From: Saprolegnia diclina VS20
Lineage: Eukaryota
Length of the DNA: 41,986 nt
Reading direction: 5' to 3'
Assembly: GCF_000281045.1 (NCBI RefSeq)
Contig: NW_008246073.1
Location: 822,213-864,198, forward strand
Below are positions 30,176 through 41,565 of the stretch, in pieces. Within the stretch, counting starts at the first letter, position 1, and the number at the start of each line of letters is the position of its first letter. The translations under genes and the position numbers were made by a program. The notes below the pieces were generated by a model, which made no database searches, was not told the DNA's origin, and saw only the letters and a list, made by a program, of their open reading frames with translations.

Positions 30176-32344
30176 TTACTGCGCCAGCGAGTCACGCAGG
30201 TCGACGTCGTCACCCCACATCATCGTCTCGTCGTCCGTCTCGGGATCCAAAAGCATCTCGACCGCCGACCGTTGTTTCTTGTACAGTCGGTGCCGGCGCT
30301 TTGCCCGCTTTCGCGCGATGCCAAGGCCTTGGCCGTGCAGCGCACACTTGCAACTGCCGTCGTCGTCGAGCGCAAACGACAGCAGCGACGACCGTCGCGG
30401 TGCCACCGCCGGCTGCCACGTGTACTGTATCCGACTCGAGTTGTGAAAGCCGCGCACGTGCTTGACCTCGTGGAGGTGTCCGGTCTCGAGAAGCGCGTTG
30501 CCGACGCGGACGGCTTCAAATTTATCGCGCGTGCCAAGGTGGGTGGCATCGACAAGGGCATCAACGAGGTCGGCACCGGAAAGCGTCGTCTCGCGCTCGA
30601 GGGTCACCGCAAGGCGCGCCGTCTCGTCCTCGAGCAGAGAGGCGAGGATGGTGACCATGGACGCGGCCGATGGTCGATCGATCGCGGCGGGTGCCCACGC
30701 GGCGACAAGCAGTTGGCGGAGCACCGGCGAGAGGGTATCTCGCAGCGGCGGGCGGGTGCCATCCAGAACGAGTGTGAATACGTGCATGTGGTTCTTGGTG
30801 CCGCGCGGGTACTTGCACTGGCGCGGGTGCAGAATGTCCCAAAGCGTCATGCTCAAACTAAAGACGTCCGAGGCGGTCGCGTACGACGCGGCACCGCGCT
30901 TGCCGTCGATCATCTCGGGCGCCATGTACTCGACAGTGCCGCGCACCGACATGAGCTGGACGTCGGCGACGCGCGACTCACCAAAATCCGACAACTTGAC
31001 GCGGTTGTTCGATGCGTCGAGGAGGTAATTGGTAGCTTTGATGTCGCGGTGCAGAAGCGGCGGTGAAAACGAGTGCAGATACGCCACAGCGCGGGCCGCA
31101 TCGAGCATATAGCACAGCTCGACGAGCGGGGAGAGCGGGGATAACGGCGTCGTACAGCTTAGCAAGTCGTCGAGAGAGCCGCGGCAGAGCTCGGCGACGA
31201 GGCAGATCATGGGCGGACACACGCAGAGGCCATAGAACGAGACGATGTTTGGGTGCCGGAGCACGGCCCAGAAGCCGACTTCGTGCGAGAACTCTGCGAC
31301 GACCGCTTCCGAAATTTCTTGCGGCGTGTAGACCTTGATGGCCACGTCCAACGACGAATGCAGCGTGCCGCGGTACACGGTTGCTGACCCACCAGCGCCG
31401 AGCCGGTGGTGCCACTCGAGATGGGCAAAGTCAATGAGGTCGCGTCGGTGCATCTCAAGGAGGATGTGGAGTCCTTCGGCCGACATGACCTCTTGCATAC
31501 TGGCGCGCTGCGTATCAAGATGCAGTGCGCGAACGCTGAGCCCGCGCCAGTGCGCCGTGTCAGCGATGAGGACGCGCCAGATAAAGAAAGGCGCGAGCAT
31601 GCTCCAGCACGCGCGCGTCATGAGCACGTACAAGCTCCATGTCGCGAGGTGCGGCTTCGCTTCGATCGTCGCGTGATACGAGAGCTGCGTGGAGATAGCA
31701 CCGAGGGCGTAGAAGACGAGCGCAAAGACACCGAGTTCACGCACCACGGTCGTGTTGGCGCGGGCAAGCGGCCGGCACGCAAGTCGGAGGAAGAGGACGA
31801 CGAGGACAAAGCGCGCGAGTACGGCGATCGCGTACTGCAGTTGAAAGACATAGGCGTCCGTGTCGGGGTTCGTGCGCAGTGCACTCGCGAGGCCCATGAG
31901 CCCAATGGGCGACACGAGTAGCAGCAGCGTGAGCACCAACGTCCGCAAGATCGCGGGCGCCGACACGCTCTTTTGATAGAGAAACAAGGCGACAAAGACG
32001 ACGTGAAAGTGCTCGCCGTGGTAGATCGCTTCGTTGTACACGGACGCATAGGGCCCCGGTCCCGGTCCCGCGTAGCCGCACGAGAGCGTCACGCAAAAAT
32101 ACGTGGCGTACATGCCCGAGACGGCCGCAAAGCCCCAGAGCATGGGCTCGAACGACGGCAAGATGAGCCTCCGCGCTGCGCCAGAGCTGCCGCGCCACGC
32201 TGTGGAGCGCTGCTGCCGCAGGTACGCTACGGAAACTACGGCGAGGAGAAAGGCCGCGCCATACGCGAGGCCATGGACCAATGCCACGAGCCGCGCTGTC
32301 TCCATCTTGCCGCTTCGGTATGATAGTTCGGATAGCCGTGTCAT
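30176..32344 (-). CDS. 7TM + TKL kinase + DEP domain protein, paralog of 27130-29505
   Basis: LILPSFEPMLW, multiple TM helices, GAGGSATVYRG, HRDIKATN, DFG, APE, LSGADLVDAL..EAVRVGNALLETGHLHEV. The start ATG is either 32344 or 32305. Confidence 0.9.
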   Translation of the reverse strand: MTRLSELSYRSGKMETARLVALVHGLAYGAAFLLAVVSVAYLRQQRSTAWRGSSGAARRLILPSFEPMLWGFAAVSGMYATYFCVTLSCGYAGPGPGPYASVYNEAIYHGEHFHVVFVALFLYQKSVSAPAILRTLVLTLLLLVSPIGLMGLASALRTNPDTDAYVFQLQYAIAVLARFVLVVLFLRLACRPLARANTTVVRELGVFALVFYALGAISTQLSYHATIEAKPHLATWSLYVLMTRACWSMLAPFFIWRVLIADTAHWRGLSVRALHLDTQRASMQEVMSAEGLHILLEMHRRDLIDFAHLEWHHRLGAGGSATVYRGTLHSSLDVAIKVYTPQEISEAVVAEFSHEVGFWAVLRHPNIVSFYGLCVCPPMICLVAELCRGSLDDLLSCTTPLSPLSPLVELCYMLDAARAVAYLHSFSPPLLHRDIKATNYLLDASNNRVKLSDFGESRVADVQLMSVRGTVEYMAPEMIDGKRGAASYATASDVFSLSMTLWDILHPRQCKYPRGTKNHMHVFTLVLDGTRPPLRDTLSPVLRQLLVAAWAPAAIDRPSAASMVTILASLLEDETARLAVTLERETTLSGADLVDALVDATHLGTRDKFEAVRVGNALLETGHLHEVKHVRGFHNSSRIQYTWQPAVAPRRSSLLSFALDDDGSCKCALHGQGLGIARKRAKRRHRLYKKQRSAVEMLLDPETDDETMMWGDDVDLRDSLAQ

Positions 32345-32914
32345 CGTATCCGGAGCAATGAAACTGCAAGGGCAAGTTGCATCAAATTCGACCACAAAGG
32401 GCGCATCGCTTTCTTCCAAACTACAGTCGATGCAGTGAGCTTTAGTCGTACTGAGCCAACGCGAATGTGCCGCGCGCAATATGGCTTGAAGCCACAGCTA
32501 GCGTCGACGGCTGGTCGGTGCGAAGAACCTTCAAAGGAGCACATCACTGGGTTGTTCAAGGCGTGAGCACGTGGCGCAGAGGCGGCGCGAAGTCGTTGTG
32601 AGCAGTGTTTCTAGCACCTACTAAAACCGCCGACTGGGCCATCTCGGCGTCTTGCCTCGACGCCGTCGTCCCTACTTCTCAGCAAGGGCCTCGTGAGGGG
32701 CAGCGGGACGGACAGTTGTCGGCTACGTTTATCGTGCGCCAAAGCACGTCCGTTCGCTCTCACTGCACAGTACGCGAGTAGTTAGTTAGTCGACGCCATG
32801 ATCGACTCGACACCATGGCGATCTCCGCCCGCGCGAAGAACGCGATGACGGCGTAAAAATAGCCCATACAAACCCAAGGTATCGCATTCATTTTTACGAG
32901 CCACTCATATCGCG

Positions 32915-32935
32915 TATAAATATAGCTGACCAATC
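32915..32935 (+). promoter_or_regulatory. TATA-like and CCAAT elements upstream of the MYB gene
   Basis: TATAAATATAGCTGACCAATC, about 120-140 bp before the ATG at 33057. Confidence 0.4.
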
Positions 32936-33056
32936 CGCTTCCGTCGAATATCGCGCCTTGTGTTTCATAGGCGCAATGCGGCTTCTATTTTTAGCGCGAT
33001 GGCCATCGCGAGCCAACGCATTTGAGTTGCAGTTGGGGTTTTGAACGCAAGCAAAG

Positions 33057-34686
33057 ATGTCGTCTTGTGATGCGAGGTACGATCATCTACGATCTTAGTG
33101 CTTCTCTTCACGCTCCTGGCTTAGACCGTCCCCGAAGCGCCGCGTGTCCAAGGCCGGGTTTGAAGATGCCAATGCGATGGGGTTGCTCCTCGACAGCTTT
33201 GCGGCGACGAACAGCCCCAAGCGTCACAACTACGGCAACGGCAGCATGTCGTACGATGAGCCCGCCTACCCCAAGAGCGTGAGCCTTCTGCGCCAAGGTA
33301 CACAGTGCGACGCGTGCATTGTATCATACTTGCATCATAGTGCCGTTTAAAATTCTCGTGCCCGACAACACACCGCTGTCGTGTGAGAAGAGCAGTATGA
33401 GTGCGCTCTTTCCGGCGACGCTCACACCGAAAGCTTCATCCAAGCCGTGCTTTACCCCAACGCCGACCGCGACACCAACTTCGACCGAGTTTGACGAACT
33501 CCCCGACTCGAGCCTCGACTTTCTCTCGCATTCGCCCGAGTACAACGACAGCATGTCGCCAGCGCCCTTTGATAGCGACGCGACGCTCGAGGTGCTCGGT
33601 GATGCCACGACCGCGCCGACGTTTGACCTCTCGAACTGCATACCGCCGGCGCCGTCGCTCCAGGACATGGCCCAAAACATGTATGCGATGGACAACCTCA
33701 TGGGCTACCGCCGGCTGCAGATGCCGCCGTACCCGGGCATGTTTGACGGCCTCGACCCGCAACACCACCACCACCATCATCACCACGCGCTGCTTGGCGC
33801 CCCCGTTGTGCACCCCGGCAGTTGGTGCGAGCGCGAAGACAAGCAGCTCCGAAAAGCCATCAAGAACCTTGGCACAAAGAACTGGAAGCAAGTCGCAATG
33901 ATGCTCAACACGGGCAAGACCGACGTACAGTGTCTGCACCGTTGGAACAAGGTCCTCAAGCCCGGCCTTTTGAAAGGCGCGTGGAGTGCCGAGGAGGACG
34001 ACGTGCTCCGGTCGCTCATGCTCAAGTTCGGCGTCGGCAACATTCGCTGGGCCGACGTCGCCAACCACATTCAGGGCCGCACCGGCAAGCAGTGCCGCGA
34101 GCGTTGGCGCAACTGTCTCAGCCCCGACATCAACAAGGGCGAGTGGTCGGCCATGGAAGATGAAGTCATGTTCCGTGCGCAGCAGCGCATGGGCAACCGA
34201 TGGAGCGAGATCGCCAAGCTCCTTCCGGGCCGCACCGAGAATGCGATCAAGAACCGTTGGAACTCGAGCGCGCGCAAAAACTGGTTTTCCAAGCAGCAAG
34301 CCAACGGCACGTCGGCAGAGTCGCTCCAAGACGACGACTGCTGCGACGACATGAGCGAGACGGCATCGTCGTCGCCTGCCCCGTCGACCAGCGACAGCAT
34401 CGACGATGCCCATTTCAACTTTAACGACCTCGCCAAAGCCGTCGAGTCGTCGTCGCCGATGCAGCACCGTGGGCGAAGCGACAGTGTCAACTCCATGAGC
34501 AGCAGCGTTGTAGACGAGCTCGAGTTCCTCGTTGGCGACGAAGAGAGCGGCAGCTTTGCCGACGGCTTGCTCTTGGGTACGCACGACCTCATGGACGCAG
34601 ATCTGAGCTTGCTCTTTGACGCGGTCGAGCAAGACTTTGCAGACGCCGACGGCAGCGACGAGGCCAGCACGACGTCCGCGGCATAG
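33057..34686 (+). CDS. R1R2R3 (three-repeat) MYB transcription factor, 3 exons
   Basis: Three MYB repeats ([54 protein letters not shown]). GT-AG introns 33077-33124 and 33298-33340 link ATG 33057 in frame ([26 protein letters not shown]). Confidence 0.92.
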
Positions 34687-35029
34687 TTAGGATTTTTGAA
34701 TGTGTCGCGTCGAGACTCGCATCGAGAAGCAGCCGCTAGGAATTAGCACTAATTAATAAGACAACATCCCCAAAAATGACAATCGTTGCATACAGAAACG
34801 CCTGTCGAGTGGGCCACTAGACAACATTATCCAATTCGTATCATAATTCAACGAAGTGGATAAAGTACGATCAATCTTCGAATAAACCGTCAACTATGGG
34901 ATAAACATCACCGATGCACGGTCGTGGCCCTAAAACCCGAACGGTCGATTGATATTTCCATCGACGTACACAAAACCCCGGGGAACACAAATTTGTCGTG
35001 AGCGGACTATAGTAATGATGGCCAAAATG

Positions 35030-37598
35030 TTATTTTTTGGTCTTTTTCGCCAGTTTTTTCTTGGGAGATTTGGATTTGATCGCCTTGGCGTGCGCTTCGT
35101 TGGCGACTTCAATCGCTAGAAGCGTCGCGCCACCGTCAGCTGGGAGCGGGTCAATCGGAGCCGCGCCTTTGCACCGCTGGTTCTCCAACGTGCTCTGAAG
35201 TTGCGCCGACTCCCAGTCCAGGAGTACACTGCGAATCTAGTCGGAGGGTCGCACCATGTTTTTCTATCGCAAGTGTATACCTCGGCTTTGCTAGTCACGA
35301 CGTTGAGCGCCGCGTCCATGTCGTCCTGGGCAAGGTCGAACGCGTCCTTGTTGTACTACCCACGAGGCATCCGTCGTGAGCGACGAAACCGAGTGCTACC
35401 TGGTTTTTCAAGCGCGGGTTGGCGCCGTGGTCCAAAAGCAGCCGTGCAACGCGTTTCGATTGATGGAAGATCGCAATTGCAATAGGTGTCCAGCCTTTGG
35501 CGTCGCGGGCGTTGACGTTGGGCTTGAATACCTTGGTGTACACCTCTTGCACGGCGGTCGCACGCTTGTGGGCGCGGAGCATCGGATGACTCTCGTCTTG
35601 AAACGCCTAAACAATTATGCGTCATTAGTGGCTCTCTATCCGCAGCACCAACCTTCCAAAAGGTAAGGAGCATAGTTGCACTCTCTGCATTGTCATATTG
35701 GGCAGTAAGAGCCAAGAGGGTCGCGCCGCGCTCGTCGCGGACGTCGGCGGTCCCTGCAGCCGTGTTGGGGTTAGGGTAGGCTCGAGCAACGAACGCAGCG
35801 TACCCCGGGGTCGCGTCTCGGTTTCGACGGCTTCGCTTCCGAGTGCGGCAAGCTTTTCTTTGAGGGCTTCAGCCGCCGTACTCGCGGTCGACGACGCCGT
35901 CGCAATCAGATCTTGGTGGATGCGCAGCATGGCCAGCTGCTCGCGCTCGACATGACTCGTGAGGCGCTCCTGGAGCTTCTTCTCCATAATCTAATGCAAA
36001 CCACCAAATGAAGCAGGAGTCCCGTCAAGCTTCTCTAAGCATTCTCTACTTCGTTGCGCTCGCGCAGGAGTGTCTCCGTCGTTTCGACGTTCCACTCGCT
36101 GAGAACGGCAGCGATGTCCTTGGTTTTTGCCACGTCGAACGCACGCTCGCTACCACACGCAATGGATATTGATGGTGATGCATCGTGATCTATTGGGAGA
36201 TACCCTTGCTGCGTCGTGCACCGTGGGTCGCCGCCGGCGTGCAGCAGAGCAATGACGGCATTTAAATGACCGTTGTACGCCGCCCGGAAGAGTGGCGACC
36301 GCCCCGCATCGTTGCGCGCATTCGGATTAGCACCCTAGAAGCCAGGATATGCAAGCTTGGACGATCGACTAAAGGGCACTACGAGCGCCAAGAGATGCGC
36401 AATCATCTCATCGTGGCCTTGGCACGCGGCTTCCGAGAGCGCCGTGTGTTTGTGTCCGTCTTCGCTTTCGAGGTGGTATCCCTTCTCGAGCCAGCTGTCA
36501 AGTGCGGCAATATCGCCGTCAAAGCCAGCCTCGACAACGTCGACGCTGTTGCGCCGCACCTACAGTGAGTGCGTCGCCGGCATCCCATCTACGACCACGT
36601 ACCTCTTTGAGGCCAAGCGCCGACGCGACCGGGTCGTCGCCGTCGTTCGCGGCGGCGAGCGCGTCCGGCGGGAGCACCGACACGAGGCACATGCGCTGGC
36701 GCGTCCGGGGTGGCGGCTCGACCGCACCGTAGAGCAATGCAAACTTGAACGCATCGCACGGAAGAAAGAGGTTGGGTTCGGGGTCGCCTTCTTCCTAGGC
36801 GACAATAACGTCCTATGCGATAGTTCATGATGCTACACGAGGTTACCTTGCGGAGCAGCGTCGACCACACTTCGGGTTTGAAAAACTGCGCGCGATCGAG
36901 CACTTGGTGCGGAAACGCGCCGTCCAGAAAGTACGTGTCGAGCTCGAGCCCCGTGAGCTTATCAAAGCAGATGGTCATGAGCGAACCGAGGCGAAGCGCC
37001 GCTACAAAGGCATTTGCGATCGCTGCACAAGTGTTGTCGGACCCTACCGACAAGGTGGCGCCGCAACGACGCCTCGGTCATGTCCAGTGGATTCCCCGCA
37101 AGGAGGAAGCAGCCACGCTGGTACTTGAAGAACTGGGCTGCTTGGCCGCCCGTGTGATCCACGACGAGTGGGTACTTTTCGTAGACATAGACGGCCTTCT
37201 CCAACGCGGCGGGCAAGTCTTTGAGCGTCGTGCGGATCTCGGGTGCCATGGCCTCTACGCCGCCGGTAGTATCATCCTCGTCATGGGTGGGTACCTTGCG
37301 CCGCGCGCTGCTTTACATCCACAATTAGCCGCGCTACCATCTCCGTAGTGGGTCCGTGCAGCTGCAGCGCGGTGACGACCATGCTGGGCTCCATGTCGAG
37401 GAGCTGGCTCCCGCTCACGTCTACTCAAGATGCAACAGGCCGAACACTATGCTTGCAGCGTGTACCATTGGCAGATATCCACTCCAGAACGAGTTGGCGC
37501 GTCGCATCGTCAGTGATGGCCTGCGAAGCAAAGTCGCCGACGTCAGCGCGTCGCCATTCGAGCACGGGCTTGGTGGGCGTGGTGCATCCGCTGCCCAT
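35030..37598 (-). CDS. Multi-exon protein: N-terminal MGSGC acylation motif, SAM-like domain, IQANK1-like domain and ankyrin repeats
   Basis: Introns 37421-37465 and 37255-37294 join MGSGCTTPTKPVLEWRRADVGDF..ISANDVSGSQLLDM.. to MAPEI..KYPLVVDHTGGQAAQFFKY. Ankyrin repeats (GHKHTALSEAACQGH; NARDAKGWTPIAIAIFH..LLLDHGANP) and a Lys-rich tail ending in TAA at 35030. Internal exons were not all resolved. Confidence 0.78.
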
Positions 37599-38397
37599 AT
37601 CGTGGTGTCCACGTACTAACTGCCGTCGTAACGCCCACTGCGTAGACCCTACTCGCAGCTTCATACTAGCATTGTCCACCCCCGCGCCTCCTCCACATGC
37701 CTGTCTCCTCTCGACGTGGATGCCATGGATGCCCATGGATGACTCGACCGCGCGCCGCGTCGTCATCGTCTTGCCACGTCACGCGTACCCAACTTCAACT
37801 AGGACATGTCCTACCGGAAACCCTTCTGACGTACTGATATCCTGGCCGGACACTGGAATCAGGGCTCGGAACCATCCGGACAACGTGGATCGGCAACCGG
37901 AATGGGACAGGCCCCTTCGTTGCTCTTGTTTTTTGTATGCGGCGGTGGCCGCGTCCTAATGTTGAAGCGCTTGGCACCCATGACCAGAACTGGTTCTCCC
38001 CGTCGCTCTCGACGTGGCCCACTCTTGGCGTCGCCCGCCGTGCTGGCGTGTGATACCTCGCCACAGTATACTGGATATTTCGAACCTTGAACCGGCAGCC
38101 GCGGGTGCCATCACTTGGTGTTTGTATGGAAAGAAGCAGCCTTGTCAATCTCATTATATTCTTCGGATTTAACGGGCCTTGGCGAGTGGCGTGGTATTTT
38201 ATTCCTCCCAGCTGGCACGACATACAAACACCAAGTGAAAAAGAAGGAAGCGCGCATTAAATTGCATCTGGTTCCGCGTAAATTCATTGCCGACGGAAAA
38301 AAAGCGAAGCGCTTGAGGCGCAATATTTGCAAGTTGCGCGTCTCTGCGGACGATCGCGACGACTGAAGCTGCCGATCCGCTTGCATCTCGCACCTCG

Positions 38398-40116
38398 ATG
38401 GTCATGCAGACGGACCTACCCGCCTTTCCCATCCACCCGGTGGTCATCATCGACAACCAAGAAGAGGACCTGCGCGCCAAGGAGCCCGTAATCGACGGCG
38501 GCGACGACGACAGTACGATGGCCTCGCAGAAGGAGTGGAGTGACTTTCTCAACTCGAGCGTGCTTGCGCTCAAGCTGGAAGAGCCTGTGGACGAAGACAG
38601 CGCGCGGCCCAAGCCCATTGCGATCGGCACGCCGACGCAAAAGCAGCTCCGCGCCGGCTCGCCGCTCGTGCTGTGCATGTCGCCGCTCGCGACGATCCCG
38701 CCGATTCCGTCGATGGTCAATAGCCCCGAAGCGACGGCGGCCGTGAACCCCACGTCGTGGCCGTCGTGGCAAATGTCGATTCCCGATACGGACGACGTGG
38801 ACGAGGACGACAACGACGGCGACCACAGTCCGTTGGGCATCCCGCTCTTGAGCGAAAAGCAACACGCGACCGAGAAGGCGCGCCGCATGCGCGCCAAGTC
38901 GTTCTCGGCCATCTACGCCCACGAGCACCATGCCGCGGCGTGGAGCAGCGAGCGCCACGATGGCTTGGGCTTGAGCAACAACAACCTTCCGCCGCCGTTG
39001 CCACACTTGCAGCTGCCGCCGACGCCGTACCAAGCGGCGCCCATGCAGTCCGTGTCCAACTTCAACATGCGCCGCTACTCGGGTGACTTTGATCACTATG
39101 GTCACCGCTCGATGGACCTTGCATCGTCGTCGTCGTCGTTCTTGCCGCCGCCGCCTCCCATGCCGACAGGCAATCGGGGCATTCGGTCGCATAGCATCGA
39201 GTGCCACACAAGCTCGTCCCACATGCCACGCCCGCCGTCGATGGGCAGCCCGTACCACGCGGTGACGCGCAGCCCGATGCTGCGCCAAAACATGCGGCAG
39301 CCGCCGCTCCCGACCAAGCAGTCTGGGAACCAGTACGCCGAATGGCAGCGCCCCAACGACTTTGCACCGCCGCTGCCGCCCGACGCAGGAGCGTACTATG
39401 GCAACCCAACTGCCACGGCCACCAACGGCAACAGCAACAGCAACAACTTTGCCGAGTACATGCCCGAAGCGTACTACGAGGTGCAGTTCAAGCGTTGCCG
39501 CAAGGATGTCTTTTCCGGTCTTGGCGGCTTCAAGCTCGGCGACTACGTCAAGGTAGTCAAAACGCCCTTCTATGCAAAGGGCTCATGAGCCGCAGGTGGA
39601 AGGCGATCGCGGCGAAGACGTGGGCCACGTCATCCGCATGGCGCCCGACGCCAAGACGCTACGCAGCACGAACGACAGCGAAAGCAAAGAGCCTGCGCCG
39701 ATGAAGCGCGTCATGCGTCTCGCCAGCGAGAACGAGCTGACGCTCTTGCGCGAGCAGGTAGACCGATCCTATTCGATGTCGAATTGCTCAGTTTCGTGTG
39801 AAATAGCACAAGGAAGAGCAGGAAGTACTGCAGGTCTGCCGCAGCAAGGTGCGCCAGCGCATGCTGCCCATGAACGTCATTGACGCCGAGTATCAATTTG
39901 ACCGGCACAAGCTCACGTTCTTCTTCGAGGCGGACCGGTACGCCTTGTCCGCTACGACCACTGAGATCTGAGCGGCTGCGTAGGCGCATCGACTTTCGCG
40001 AGCTCGTGCGCGACCTCTTTGCGATCTACAAGACGCGCATTTGGCTCCAGCAAGTCGTCTCGGTGCACAAGAAGGGCATGGCGCCCGAGTTTGAACTCGC
40101 GGACGGCCACCATTAG
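38398..40116 (+). CDS. PSP1 C-terminal domain protein with a long disordered N-terminus, 4 exons
   Basis: YYEVQFK..GDYVKVEGDRGEDVG and IDAEYQFDRHKLTFFFEADRRIDFRELVRDLFAIYKTRIWLQQ after removing introns 39553-39595, 39758-39806 and 39938-39983. Confidence 0.9.
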
Positions 40117-40288
40117 ACACTGACTAGAGAAGAGACGACCACGACGAAGCAAGGATATAGAAGACCCAAGGGATTAGAGAACGCGCGGCCTGCATGGTAG
40201 TAGATACGTGTCGTGTGTGTGTATATGTGGTACATAAGATGATAATGCATCTCGGAAAACACGCCATTCTTGTACATGTAGCACCAAC

Positions 40289-40735
40289 TTAGAGCTCGTC
40301 GTCCGACTCGGACTCGGTCTCGGACTCGGCGCGGTCCCGCCGGCGTGGCACCGACGTCGTCTCGGGCGTGTCGTGACTGAGTTGCGTGAACCAGTCGGCC
40401 ACCGTTGCCAACGACGACTGCACGGCAGGAAGCACGTGCTCGTTGATGGTCGCCTCGAGCAGATTCCGCTTCATATGCACTGCTATCGTGAGCGATGGCA
40501 TCGTAAACGCTTCTTGGAGCTCCATGTCGTTGGTCAAATGCACCTCGTCGCCCTCGTTGTCTTCGTACGTGAGGTCCCATGGCAGCTCCTTGCTGCTCGT
40601 GGGCAGCGCGAGCTCAAAGAGGTGCGCGGCGAGAATGCGCACGTCGAGGAGCGTCGTGTCGAGGCCGACCGCGAGCTCGCGGCGCTGGCTCTCGTAGCGA
40701 AGGACCAAGGCGCAGCGCTCGGGACGGCTTGCCAT
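40289..40735 (-). CDS. Small PB1-domain protein
   Basis: OPCA-like motif LTYEDNEGDEVHLTNDMELQEAF; N-terminal beta-strand LVLRYESQRREL. Confidence 0.75.
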   Translation of the reverse strand: MASRPERCALVLRYESQRRELAVGLDTTLLDVRILAAHLFELALPTSSKELPWDLTYEDNEGDEVHLTNDMELQEAFTMPSLTIAVHMKRNLLEATINEHVLPAVQSSLATVADWFTQLSHDTPETTSVPRRRDRAESETESESDDEL

Positions 40736-41114
40736 GTTGCCTTTCTCTTCTTGATCGGATAGTTCGAGTCGGCTATCCCACGCAGCTGATGAAGATAGGT
40801 GGAAACGGCTTTTTCGCGATCTTGCTTGTCTTTGAAGACGTCAAATTTAAATTTAATGCCACGTGGATGAGAGACGACGACTACTACAGTGCACGCCACC
40901 TGTACCCTTCCAGATGAATGTGGTCCAAAACTTTTGAATCCCAGCTCTGAGTCTTCATTTTTATATCAAAAGGACGTTATAAATCGACTGTTCTGTCCAA
41001 GACGAAGAGACGTATAAGAGCCGATCGCAATGAAATGAAAAACTGACGAAGTTATGGGCGTTCAAAGTTGGGCATCACAGGACCAAGGGGTCCGAAATTG
41101 TTACATAAATTTGA

Positions 41115-41181
41115 CCGGATAACATGGAGCCCCTCCGGATAAGGCCCACCGGCGCCGGATGAGGTGTCATTATCCGGATAA
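41115..41181. repeat. Phased CCGGAT(AA) motif array
   Basis: CCGGAT at 41115, 41135, 41155 and 41174; the last copy is part of the palindrome TTATCCGGATAA. Confidence 0.7.
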
Positions 41182-41565
41182 CGAGCTCACTCAGCCATTT
41201 CCATGCCTCGGAAGACCAAACGAGTCCTGCACTTGGAGCACGCACGCAAGGCCCGAAAGCTGGACCGTGCTGAGGCCGTCTCCGCAGCACAAGGTACTTT
41301 GCGCTAGGGTAACTTTCTACAACGGACTATTGTATCTAGGCCCACCCCTGGAGCAGGAGGAGACCGTTCTTGACGACGGCATCGAGGTCGACGACTCGGA
41401 GGACGACAACGCAGAGGACGAAGACTTCTTCATGGTCACAGGCAACATCAACGTCGACGAGGGTCCACGTGAAGAAGGTCCAGATGAAGAAGAGACTCCA
41501 GTCGTTTGGACCATCGCGCACGATGACAAGGCTGCGCAGCGCAAGCGAGCCGCGTACGTCGGCAC

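Noticed and set aside
33760..33786. CAC/CAT repeat (poly-His), and the CCA/CCG run at 4713-4735 (poly-Pro)
   Set aside because: Ordinary coding low-complexity tracts.
37348..37959. 203-aa plus-strand ORF
   Set aside because: It overlaps the minus-strand 5' exons of the ankyrin gene and has no recognisable motif.
41159..41565. Acidic ORF segment ending ..WTIAHDD as the first catalytic Asp region of the transposase
   Set aside because: It is in a different frame from the recognisable transposase block, and the similarity is too weak to support without an alignment.
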